The position numbers were made by a program, and so were the translations under genes. Positions 1-11,383 of a stretch of DNA of 64,000 bases are shown here, piece by piece (positions within the stretch are counted from its first letter, which is position 1; every line of letters starts with the position of its first letter). The DNA is taken from the NCBI GenBank assembly GCA_965153285.1, contig OZ229111.1; one strand, given 5' to 3'. Below the pieces are notes generated by a model that saw only the letters and a list, made by a program, of their open reading frames with translations, did not search any database and was not told the origin of the DNA. This DNA is from Podarcis tiliguerta (lineage: Eukaryota).

Positions 1-784
1 TGCAGCAGGTATATTCTGTTCTGTGCATAACAATAGAAAAGTTGCTAACAGGATCTGGAAGATAATTCCTCTCCTCTTTAGCAGGAGATACAGAATTGCA
101 AATGCCATATTTCATTTTCCATAGTGACTTCTAGCACTGAAAGCTAATCCTGGGGTTAAACGCTTTAGTCAAATTAACCCTGCCTCCATTTCAACTACTG
201 ACTGTTTGAGATGCTGCTTTCTTTTAAAAACCTAGATCAATCGTCACAACCCCATGAGTCTAAAATGTTTGTTACGGTAAATGGGTCAGTGCACATAATA
301 TGCCAATTTTGTGCATCACTTTCACTTGCAAAATAATTTTAAAAAATAAAATTGGAAGCCTTCAAACTCCATGCAAGGAGGCATGGGTCTTGAGCCTTCT
401 GTTGGTGAAAATTCATGCCTCTAGCAGTCAAAGTCTGGCTAGGTGAAGCATCAGGCTTTCTGCATGGGAGCTACATCTTCACTTTTCTAGCAGAACCAAA
501 GCCATGTAAAAAACTAATAAATTCGCCTTCAAGGTCATAGTGCTGGGCAGACCTCTTATCCTCTGCCCTGTTGCTGTCATGCAAGACAACAAGTGGGAGA
601 GTGCTGCTGCACTCAGCTCCTACTTTTGGGCTTTCCACAGGTATCTGGTTGGTTACTGTGAGAACAGAATGCTGGATGAAATAGGCTACTGGCCTGATCC
701 AGCAGCCTACTCTTCCATTCTTAACAAGGTGATCTGAAGCTCTCAAGGCTACTTCCCACATTATAAAATAAGCTGGCACAACTA

Positions 785-1261
785 CCGTATTTTTCGCCCC
801 ATAGGACGCACCATGTTTTTGGGGGGGGGAAATAAAGGGGGGGGGGAAATCATTTCCCCCCAGGCGCTTGTGGGGCCGGGAGCGGGGAGAAGCCCTCTTC
901 TCCCCGCAGCCCACCTTCAGACCAGGTCCGGGGACAGCGGGAAGACGCGCTGCGCCTCCCAGCTGTCCCCGGAGCTTGTGGGGCAGGCAGCGGGGAGAAG
1001 CGCTATTCTCCCCACCGCCCGCCTTCAGATCAGGTCCGGGGACAGGGGGAAGACGCGCTGCGCCTCCCCTCTGTCCCCCGACCTTGTGGGGCTGGCGCTG
1101 GGGCTCTCCTGAAGCCTGGAGAGCGAGAGGGGTCGGTGTGCACCGACCCCTCTCGCTCTCCAGGCTTCAGCGAAAGCCTGCATTCGCCCCATAGGACGCA
1201 CGCACATTTCCCCTTCATTTTTGGAGGGGAAAAAGTGCTTCCTATAGGGCGAAAAATACGG
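785..1261. mobile_element. Tc1/mariner (pogo/Tigger-like) MITE with GC-rich hairpin cargo
   Basis: TIR CCGTATTTTTCGCCC(C/T)ATAGGA at both ends, TA on each side, internal 108-bp tandem units and a 30-bp perfect palindrome. Confidence 0.9.
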
Positions 1262-1360
1262 TATATAAGGAATTGTGAACCTGGTGCCTGCTAGATGTTG
1301 TTGGAATACAAACCTCATTATCCCCAACCGTGTTAGCTGGGGCAGATTGTAGCTGTAGTC

Positions 1361-1496
1361 CAGGCATAGGCAAACTTGGCCTGCCAGATGGCTTGAGACT
1401 ACAATTCCCATCATCCCTGACCACTGGTCCTGTTAGCTAGGGATGGTGGGAGTTGTAGTCCCAAAACATCTGGAGGGCCAAGCTTGTCTATGCCTG
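1361..1496. mobile_element. hAT (Charlie/Buster-type) palindromic MITE nested in an older related MITE
   Basis: CAGGCATAG...CTATGCCTG termini; perfect 8-bp TSD ctgtagtc (1353-1360, 1497-1504). Confidence 0.9.
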
Positions 1497-1624
1497 CTGT
1501 AGTCCAATGGATAAAATATTGGTTAATCAGTTTCTTATACTCATAATAATTAGATCTGGGCTCGTAGTCCATTCCAGTTCTACAATTCTGTGATTCTGTC
1601 TATGGCTATTGTTCTGTGTTGCAG

Positions 1625-1749
1625 CTAAGTCTGCAGGGGACAAATCCACCCAATTGCGGATCACGGAAGAGCCTGGAATGCAGGGCAGAGAAACCATTGA
1701 GCTACGAATGACGATTCCCTCAAGACACTCAGATGAGCAGTCAGCATAA
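1625..1749 (+). CDS. Putative terminal coding exon of a convergent gene (xKSAGDKSTQLRITEEPGMQGRETIELRMTIPSRHSDEQSA*), possibly QRICH2
   Basis: Acceptor tgttctgtgttgcag; phase-1 open frame to TAA; a matching phase-1 donor GCA GCA G|gtatat at 8/9; AATAAA at 1811 and 2180. Identity rests only on human synteny (QRICH2 tail-to-tail with UBALD2). Confidence 0.35.
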
Positions 1750-3742
1750 GCAGAGACCCACCAGCTTTGTGCCCCAATGAAAGCATGGTTCTTACAGACG
1801 AAAGCAAGACAATAAAGAGTGAACAAAATATGAAGAAGATGATGCAGACATACTGCTGCCACAGGAACACAGCCTTCTTGCTGTGCTTTGCCTACAGCAG
1901 GTGCAGTCTCTGTGGTTCTTCCATACAGTGATGTTCGCAAGGGAAGGGCTGGGCTGGGCTTGGGACCAAATGTGTTTGGGGGGGCAGCAACATTTCCTTC
2001 TGTAGAAACCAGTTTTACTGGGTCTGTGGCCATTCACTTTATTTGTCCAAGGAAATTGGTTCTTCAATACAAATTCTTCTGTTCAAAACAGTTAAAGAGA
2101 CAGCTGGTTTCAAGTCTCAACATCTTCAACTTCCTCCTTTTCCTCTTGTTGTTTCTTATTCCAGAGCCAGGCACACTGAAATAAAAAAGGTTGCTGTGAC
2201 ATAAAAAGGAGCAATCCGGTTTGGGGTCCAGCTAATTGCTGCCCCTGTTGACTTTAGGGAAGGTGGGGGGAAAGATACAAGACTGCAGTGGCTGAGTGGA
2301 GCACTGCATGTTGGGCTATGTATTCTTTAGTTGTTGCAGTTTTATCTTAGGCAGTTACTACAGTTGCTTTTGGGTTCAGCACGTATAACTCATGACAAAA
2401 TTTATCACTCCTACGTTCATTAATAAATATGGAATTTATAGCTTTCACCAGAGTCAGTAATTCAGATCTGTTTCCAGAGTGGAACTATTTACTGTTCAAA
2501 ATTTAGATGGCCATTTTTGTTTGTTTTGATGCAATGCACACCAGTAAAGATACCTGTGAGCAAAAAACTAGTTCTCATTAGAGATTGAACATGCTCAGCA
2601 GGTTCCTGCTTAAAATGTCTACCTCTTAAACCGATCAGGCCATGCTAATTGGAATGTATGTAGTATGAAAAGATGATATGTGTTCAGTTATTTGGCAACC
2701 AATGTAACATTTAAATGGGTTTATGTTGTTGGCTGGCATGCCGTGGTCATCTTAGTCCTGTGATATGACTGGGCAAGTAAAATAGAAACTTCATACAACC
2801 CCAAAATAGCAGAGGAACTGTGGGGAAATACATGTGGGTTTCACCAGGTGAACATTTATTTTCTTCGTCTCAAGTATGGGTTTGAACTGATCAGTGAGTT
2901 GAGCAAGCCGCTTACTAAATTCCACTTCTGTGTGGCCAAAACTTTCACCCCCTTGCAAATCTTAAATCATCACTTTGGAATTCCAAAAGCTTTCCAAACC
3001 AAATAAGCTTTGGGTGGAAAACATAACATTTGGTTCCCCAGTATGGCTGCGGATCTTTCAGTGCCTAGTTACATCATGCAGAATGCAAGCAGACTGGGAA
3101 AATATCACAGGCTGTCTCATAAGACAACAGAAGGGCGATATCGAACTGTTCACGCGGAGGTGCTAACACACAGTAGAATGAGAGGGATATTGGCCGAATT
3201 GTTCTTGGAGGTCAGCATGGGTAAGTTACCGAGAACTGTGTTTTAGCAACATCTCTGCACCTATTCAGTCTTCCCCTGATGGCACGTCTGGCACCAGAGA
3301 ATGACAGTGTCAGGCTTTTGCAAGGGCTCAGAGAACAGTAGCAGGGCCACTGCATCAACGTTCTTGCTGTCTTTTATTTTATGCAGGACATTCAAGAAGC
3401 TTAAGTAGCAGCCACTCTCCTGCCTAAACACACCACACAAAGCAAGAGGCTTTACCTACCCTTCCTCCAGAGTTCTCTGAAGGACCAGAGGAGATAGGAT
3501 TGATCTCTTGTGTCACACCAAGGCCTGCAATGTCACAATATTTTCTGCCCACTGTAGATCACAGGTGTCTCCCCACTGTAAATTACTGGGAAATGCTTCA
3601 TAGGGACTGAGTGCTTGTGGGAGTCTCACCTTGGAACTCTTGGTGACCATGGCAGGTAGGTTATCAGCCCATGTGCCAGCTCCCTCAAAATGGGCATAAT
3701 ATAATAGCAGTAGAATCCTTACAGATGGGAGAATCATTAATC

Positions 3743-3868
3743 CAGAGGTGGGGAACTTGTGACCCTCCAGATGTTGCTGGAATACAATTCCCTTCTTCCC
3801 TGACCACTTGCCATGCTGACTAGGGGTGATGGGAGCTGGAGTCCAGTAACCTCATGGACTCCCCACCC
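3743..3868. mobile_element. Older hAT palindromic MITE
   Basis: Same core (agatgttgctggaatacaattccc...gatgggagctggagtcca) as the 1361, 18484 and 30891 copies. Confidence 0.65.
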
Positions 3869-6439
3869 TACCCTCTGCTTTTTTCCACCATCATGTGTGG
3901 GGATTTAACTTAAGAATTTGTGAATAAATGTGACAAAATTACATTAGTTTGCACAAGAACCACCCATAGGGCTGAAATTAGGACTCATCAGGCTACACCT
4001 GAGGCTGTGGAGTTAAAATACCATGATGCTGTCAACGAACTAAAGAAAGGTGTGCGAGACAAACATTCCTCAATGTCAAGCTGTTTCAAAGCAATCCATC
4101 TAACATACAGCATACTTGGGAGGGGTTTAGTATTCAAGCAACAAGACCTGCACACTGCCTGTACCTGGCTCAATCTTCATACATCCTCCCCAAACCAGAA
4201 CGGTCAGTCTTTTGACAAAAGTCTCTCTCAAAAACATTGCCAGTTTATTTTAATTTATTTAATAAAATTTATATGTGGCTTGACTGTAGAAAAGCCTCTA
4301 AACAGTTTATATATAATCAATTAAAAATGTAAAATATCAATAAAGTATCTTCCATGTATGTACAGGAGGCATGTAGGAGATGCACACCAAGAAATGTTTG
4401 ACATAATAGTCCTCAGGCTTTTTTGCTGCAATCCATCCTATTGTGTTTGTGATTCAGGAAATCTTTTACATTTGGTTACAAACAACAGAAAAACATGCTG
4501 CTACTCCCCAGGCGCATTCCTGGACCCAAAGAACTCTGCCCACTTTAACTGCTCCTGCCAATACCATTTGTATTGAGTCGTCAAAGATCCAAAAACCGTA
4601 GGTATACATGATCCCTCAAGTTTGAGATCAGATTTAGTATTTGGTCAAGATAGCCTTCAAAATTCGCTTGAGAAAGTATAAAGAGACTGCACAGTCTACT
4701 ATGCATTTTCCCCCAGATGCAAGCATGGGCTGTTGTATTTTATACATGCTCCTTTTTATTTGTAGCACTTTCTCGATCCCTAGCATGCATTTGGGCAGCA
4801 CAAACATCCCCTCATCTCTACATCCCCCCAAAATGCCTCCTGCACTTCTCCCTCCCCCCTCCAAAAAACCCCCAAACCATAAGGCTCTCTTTCCCTCCAA
4901 TGCTGCATCCTGCCTGCTTTCGCTATACTCTATCAAATAGTTCTTAAGTTAATGTGCTGCCCTCCAGAGTTTGGGCTCCATCATAGTGCAAGTCAAACAG
5001 AACAGATGCCCGCATGCCAACGAAAGGGATCCTTCTAGCATAGCACAGCCTAGCTTAAAACGACACCCTGGTCCGACAGAAATGCAACGAGGGGGGCAGA
5101 ATTCCCAGGGCACTTGTGGTCCTCAGCTATTTACACCCCAGGGTCACCCCCTTTACACTCAGAACATGTCCCCACTGCACCCCTATCTCCATTGCTTTGT
5201 ACTGTGGGTAGAACCTAAGCCAGTAGCTTGCATGCTTGGAGTGCTGAAGTGAGGTAACAAACAGCCAAGCTGTGGACAACCATCCACATTTTATATTCCA
5301 TGTGATGAAAGTGGAGGAGGAAAATGCATTTCGCCACCACTTCCTACTGTGCCTGGCTCCTCAAAATGCACTTCCAGTGAATTTAGTGGGACCTACCCCC
5401 CGCCCCCCCCCCGGTGTATACAGGATTGCATTCTAAGTGTGACGACGAATGCTGTGACAAAGAAGAGGTGTTAGTGTCCACCATCATACCAGAGGTAATA
5501 TGATAGTTTAGGGGGACCTGCGCAGGCATTATGGCACACAGAGCTCTGCTTCCAAGAGAGAGGAATGGTCACCCCCACCCAGCAGCTGCAGCCTGAGGCG
5601 GTCATCTCCGCCCCGTCTAACAGTAGGGCCAGCCCAGCATGTTAAGCAGCAAGAAATAATATGCTCTCTTATCCTCCTCCCTCCATACTGTGGCATCTCT
5701 AAGCAGAAGCTCCTTTGGTTTCAAAAGTGAGTTATCTATCTTCTCAGAATGACCAGAGCTGTGGCCTGTGGCCTACAAAGTCATCTGCCTTTCACAATAT
5801 GGTATCCTGTCTCCGGAAGCAGAAGCATCATTCATAACCCCTTCCTTGGCCTGTTCTCTGGGACTGGAGATAGAACAGCAAGAGCCAGAGACACTATCAC
5901 TTCCATATACCCTCCTCCTCGCCTCTTATTTGCCCTCACAAGCTGCCTCCCATTCACCAACGGCCTCTTCCACTCATTTCAAAAGAGCTCTTCAGGGGCT
6001 GTTGCAACACTCAAGACTGGAACACCGTGTCACTGAGGGGAAACCACAGAGACCTTAGGGCTTTTTATTTGCACATTAAAAAGGAAGTTGCAACAGCAGC
6101 TTGTGCTTTCTTTTAGACATTGTGAAGGGAGAAACTCCCTTATTTGCACCATCCTGCACTGAGAGGCGTAGGGGCTAGGCCCACATCTGGAACTGGGGCG
6201 GGGGGAAGAGACCCACAAATTCCCCCTCTCCGCGTTGTTATGCAGCACATCTTTCTTTCAAGGACTTCAGGCCAACATACATAAATATGGGCTACAAATG
6301 GAAATGGGATGGGCCATAGGACTTGTTTTCAATTCTGTTGTTTTGTCTTGTCGTGTAAAGAGCCATAATATAAAGTGCAAGTGATGCCTGCCCTTGTATC
6401 TGCAAGGAAAATGTAAGATAGAAGGAAAAGGCTACATGG

Positions 6440-6585
6440 GTTTTATCTCACAAACCTCACAATATAGCTCTGAATGGAAATTAGGCTAGACTCGAGAAGA
6501 GAATTACCTAAGGCCAACCCCAGTGAACTTCATGGCTCAACAAGGATTTGAACCTAAGTCTCCCTGGGTCAACTATACTACACAA
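6440..6585 (-). mobile_element. Degraded CORE/MIR-like SINE
   Basis: aaggccaaccccagtgaacttcatggctcaacaaggatttgaacc... resembles the antisense of the SINE at 8658. Confidence 0.5.
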
Positions 6586-6752
6586 TATAATAAAGCATGT
6601 GATGCATCATCTTTCATCACCTCCTGTAATGTGCAACATGAGTTTGAGGAACATTGTGGTGGCAGTTCCCTATCCAGCCTCCTGCAAAACAGAAAGCCGG
6701 CAAAGATGCTTTAGCTGTACCTTCTAAAATTGGACTAAAGAAAAGCCATGTA

Positions 6753-6953
6753 CAGTGGTACCTCGGGTTAAGAACTTAATTTGTTCTGGGGGTCTGTTCT
6801 TAACCCTAAGCACCACTTTAGCTAATGGGGCCTCCTGCTGCCACTGAAGCATGATTTATGTTCTCATCCTGAAGCAAAGTTCTTAACCCGAGGTAATATT
6901 TCTGGGTTAGTGGAGTCTGTAACCTGAAGCGTATGTAACCCGAGGTGCCACTG
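6753..6953 (+). mobile_element. Tc1/mariner (Tigger-like) MITE, family A
   Basis: TIR CAGTGGTACCTCGGGTTA, TA TSD; very similar to copies at 39662, 40943 and 53978. Confidence 0.92.
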
Positions 6954-7889
6954 TACTCAAAACACACTGGGTACAATCGCGCCCAGATTTTTTCCCTGGA
7001 CTTTCCGCAAAGCATGCAAAACTGAAGGTGCACAAGTTAAATGTATGTAAGATGTGCGCTTACTGTACTGCATACCGCACACAAAAGAACTTCCTAGCAT
7101 GTAGTGAGCTACTTGGCCTATTTATACAGAATTTCTTTTAAAAGGACTGTAGATTGGATTGAAAGGGATTCTGGTCAATTTCCTGCACTGATCCAGTTTG
7201 TATAGAACCCTAAGCCTAAGAAACAGATGAATAACTGAGTGCACACTATTCCCTCCTGCACTTAGCACTCTGACGATAAATTTTCGAAGGAGAGAGACAT
7301 CAAGGCGGCATTCTAAAGAGAAAATGTTTTAATAAGTGATTTTAGCTTACTCTCACATCGACTTGAGTGTTCATGTTGAGGAGACAAAATTTCTCGATGT
7401 GATAAATTACTGTGACCCAGAGAAGCAGGTCAAACTCACACAGCTAACTAGAGGGGAGGCAACCCCTGACTTCATCACAAAGGCGCTCAGATCTGGGGCA
7501 TGTTATTTGCTCCTATACGTGTCATGCGCACAAAGAGGACTTTATGAGAAGGTGAAGCAGGGGTGCACCCTTGTGTGCCTCCCCCTTTCAAGCCCCTAAT
7601 ATCTACACGCAGGGTGTGGGTGGCAGGGGGTCATGCAACAACAATCGCAGTGCCAGTGGCAAGGTTTTGCTTCCCCTTATACTCACATATACTTATTAAT
7701 TTGTGTCATGAAGTAGTGATCCTGTGAGCAAGTATTGGTTAGTAGCTTGGAGGGAAGACTCGGGAAAGTGACCCCCCTCCTTGACAATGTGTACAATGGT
7801 AAGGGAGACTTGTGTTACTGAACTGCTTGGGAACAGCCACACATATATATGAGTGGTAAGATGCTCCAAAAATTCAATACATTTAACAA

Positions 7890-8290
7890 TGAAAAATGAA
7901 CTCTGTAATAGAAGATTACTTGCAATGAAGTCAAAGGGAGATTCAAAAACGGTCAGATATATTGAAGATGCTCAAAGGTTAGTTAAAACCGTCATATTAG
8001 GAACTCGAAAACAGAACGTTTATCTTAAAATTGGGAAGTTACAACAATCCAAAGAATGCAGCACTGTGGTAGAGGAGTTGAGTCAAAGAAACTATAAAAG
8101 GAAACACCACGAGACAACTTCCTTTAAAAAGTGGAAGTCTTGCCCAAACGAGATAAAACATGAAAGAGCGCAGATACTGACAAAATAAATATAAGCTGAT
8201 AAGACAAGCAAAAAGATGTCAAAAAAACACAATGCAGTGGAGATGTTGGAAAGCATAATAAAAGCCAGAATGAAGAAGATCAAGCCTTGC
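7890..8290 (+). mobile_element. Degraded CR1 LINE ORF2 fragment (between endonuclease and RT)
   Basis: Peptide EDAQRLVKTVILG...TSFKKWKSCPNE resembles the reptile CR1 ORF2 linker; stops and frameshifts present. Confidence 0.65.
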
Positions 8291-8657
8291 TGAGGAAGTG
8301 TCAGCAGGACTTCTGCCAAGTCCCGATTCTCCAAACTTTTAGAATTCTTTTGGTGGGCTCAGCATGTTAGGGTTGCCATATTTCAAAAAGTAAAAACCAG
8401 GACAGCCTGAAAGTTGTTGAGCCTTTTTTAGACAAACCCCAAAGCTTTTGAGGCTGACTTCCCAGGTATGTGGTTGAGCTTTGCTAGCAAACTAGCCCAA
8501 TAAAACAATCAGCACATAAATGTAACTGATATAATATTGCCCCCCCCCAAAAAAGGCATTTGCACTCAACGTATGATCCACACAGAATCTCAAGGAAGGT
8601 TTGCAGGATGGTTGTGCACACTGTAATGCTGGTGCTATGGCGGCAAAGAAATGTTTC

Positions 8658-8914
8658 GGAAACCAGTGTGGTGTAGTGGTTAAGAGCAGTAGTCTCGTAA
8701 TCTGGGGAACCGGGTTCGCATCTCCGCTCCTCCACATGCAGCTGCTGGGTGACCTTGGGCCAGTCACACTTCTTTGAAGTCTCTCAGCCCCACTCACCTC
8801 ACAGAGTGTTTGTTGTGCGGGAGGAAGGGAAAGGAGAATGTTAGCCGCTTTGAGACTCCTTAAAGGGAGTGAAAGGCGGGATATCAAATCCAAACTCTTC
8901 TTCTTCTTCTTCTT
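8658..8914 (+). mobile_element. Young tRNA-derived CORE-type SINE with (TTC)n tail
   Basis: Pol III A box (tggtgtagtgg) and B box (gggttcgcatct), CORE-like body, (TTC)n tail; near-identical inverted copy at 63026-63278. Confidence 0.9.
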
Positions 8915-10653
8915 TTAAAAACACAACTTGATCAGAGTTGACCAGCTCACTGTTGTACCTGGTACCTAAATCAAAGCAAATTAGCAGCAGAAATGCTCAG
9001 GGAGGGAGGCACTTGGTCTTATCAGTGCCCTGATATAAAAAGCTGGAAGCTACATATGGTTCTTCATAGCAGTCACTGTTTACAAATGATGAACAAGTCT
9101 AACTCTGGTCTCAGACCACCACGCTGTTGGTATTTTTTTGTACAACCGATGTGTGTGAAGGGGGAAACTGCTTTTTCATCATACTTCTGGCAAGCCTTCA
9201 AGTACTTCTCACAACCACCTCTTCCTGTCTCTCTCTCTCTCTCTCCCGCCCCACGCTTTATGTCTTAAACAACGCAGGAGTGGGGAGGAAATCCAAGTCT
9301 GGGCAGAGTGTAGCAGGGCATGCCAGGAGGAAACACCCTCCCCCCCCAACCCACAGTTCCAGCAAAGGCAGCAAAGCTGGAGAGGTATTTTTATTCCAGA
9401 AACCAAGCCACTTGCTTGTCTTGTGGATGAAAGGAGATAAGACGCTTCCTTGAAGCCACTTGCTGCGCAACACGTACGGGAATATTGCATTGGCTCTCCC
9501 TATGCCTTCCCTGCCCTTACTTGGCCTCTGTCCAACAACATTGGTCGAGAGTGTTAAAATAAGCCTATTGCAAAAGAATGGTTTTGTATACATACATAGG
9601 GGACCTTTAAGGGAAGTTTAGCGGGTGTGGAAGGCCTCAGTCCTGAGTGAAGCAAGAGTGTGCTTCAACTCCTAGAACAGGAATTGTTTTGAGCAGCCAG
9701 CGGGTACAGTTATCAGTAACAAGGCCAGTCTTTAGCCTTTGTTTTGCAGCCTTGGTTCGCCATGAACTAATCGAGGAACCCAGCCTCCTGTTTCACCCAT
9801 AAGGGGTGGAAGGGAAAGGAGGCAGAACTGTGAAATGCTACCAGTGCTTTTACTCTAGGGGGGAAAAGGTGCTGGTAAAAAAACTTGTTTGTCAACTTTG
9901 GCCAAAAAATAACTTTTGTGTCTGGATTTTCACTTTTTAAAATATGGCAACCCTAGCTAAAAGCGCCTTGTTTTTGTGGTTGTGGGTTGTTTTAAATTGT
10001 TCCTAATGGTTTAAACCCACCCTGCGACCACACGGTGAAGGCCGGCTAATAAATTTAACAACAACAACAACAATATAAAAGAGGCAGTGTTCAAAAACAT
10101 GTGATACAGATAAAGCTCCTGGCTGAAGGAACACACAGGAAAGAAGTACAGTTTTTTTTCCATATTGGGGGGTGGGTGGGGAGTACAGCTCCTATGCACA
10201 ACATGAAGAAGCACTTGCGAAACCTGCATTTGGAGTCCCTGAAGTATTTTGTGTTGTTGAGTTTGCGGTGTTTGCTGCGTTTTCCTTGGCCGCAGTGCCA
10301 AAATGCAGCTTGAACCAGTTGAAAAGTCAGGTGTGCCTCAGGTTCAGGGAGCCACAGAGTGCAGGACTAGATTGGTTTTCAATTTTTAATGAGGAACTTT
10401 CCCCCATACAACTCATTTAAGGCTTTAGAGCTGGCCCTCTGACAGAGCAATCAGACAATTTGCCCCGCAGCCAGCTTTAATGCACACCCTGGTTCTGTGA
10501 CTGAAATATCAACAGACTTAAAAAACTAATTCAGAATTCCTGTCATCCATGAGGAAGCACAAAAACCTGCCAGGGTATATGTGGTGGCAGCAGGGAGATC
10601 CAGTTTAACCACCCTGACAGAATAGTGCAGGGTGATTAATGGACAGTTAATTC

Positions 10654-10833
10654 ACAGAATAATAGAATCGTAGAGTTGAAAGGGATCCAAGGGTCATCTA
10701 GTCCAACCCCCTGCAATGCAGGAATCTCAGCTAAAGCATCCATGACAGAGGGCCATCCAACCTCTGCTTAGAAACCTCCAAGGAAGGAGAGTCCACCACC
10801 TCTCATGGGAGTCTGTTCCACTGCTGAACAGCT
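10654..10833 (-). mobile_element. CR1 LINE 3' end
   Basis: atagaatcgtagagttgaaaggg...ggtcatctagtccaaccccctgcaatgcagg is the antisense CR1 3' tail. Confidence 0.85.
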
Positions 10834-10844
10834 GGTTGCAGTTT

Positions 10845-11058
10845 AAGGACTGTTTAAACTAATTTATTATAGCATAAGCTTTTGTGGCCTAGAGTTCACT
10901 TCATCAGAGCCATGAAATGTGTAAGTTGCTTGACTGACCTCATATACCTGCCAACTGAGGTAACACTTCATGAATCTGATGGCCTCTGGGCCATGAAAGT
11001 TTTGAGTCATTAAAAAAAAAAAGCATTCATCTTTAATATACTGTACCAGGACTCTTTT
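10845..11058. mobile_element. Old Penelope-derived inverted-repeat element with decayed hammerhead motifs
   Basis: gcataagcttttgtggcctagagttcacttcatcag ... ctgatggcctctgggccatgaaag; same architecture as the 46054 element. Confidence 0.6.
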
Positions 11059-11313
11059 GAGAGACTAGAGGTATAGCAGGTGGGCACCACCTTCCCTTTG
11101 CAACACCGTTTATCCAGCTTTCCGGTACTTTAATTTACATTACGGTGTAAACCCTACTGCCCCCTCTGGTGGTCTGAGAGAAGGCATTCTTGGCTTCTTA
11201 CAGGTACTGCCGTTTCAACTCCCTTTAATATAGGAGTATGCAAACCATAGGCCTACGATATTTGGCCTAGCTAAAGAGAAAGCAAGCAAACCAAAGAGAA
11301 AGCAAGGAAAGAA

Positions 11314-11316
<3 letters not shown>

Positions 11317-11382
<66 letters not shown>
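11317..11382. repeat. (TC)n(TG)n compound microsatellite
   Basis: Direct reading. Confidence 0.95.

Positions 11383-11383
<1 letters not shown>

Noticed and set aside
1527-2033. 168-aa minus-strand ORF
   Set aside because: No recognisable homology, it ends in a CR1 tail, and splice and poly(A) signals favour the plus strand.
8492-8893. Near-identical peptides MDLISRLSLP... here and at 63044-63280, suggesting duplicated genes
   Set aside because: Both are antisense readings of the same SINE family.
8368-9956. Single 1.6-kb hAT element bounded by TAGGGTTGCCATATTT inverted ends
   Set aside because: The flanking 8-mers do not match and the interior has no transposase trace; two separate relics are as likely.
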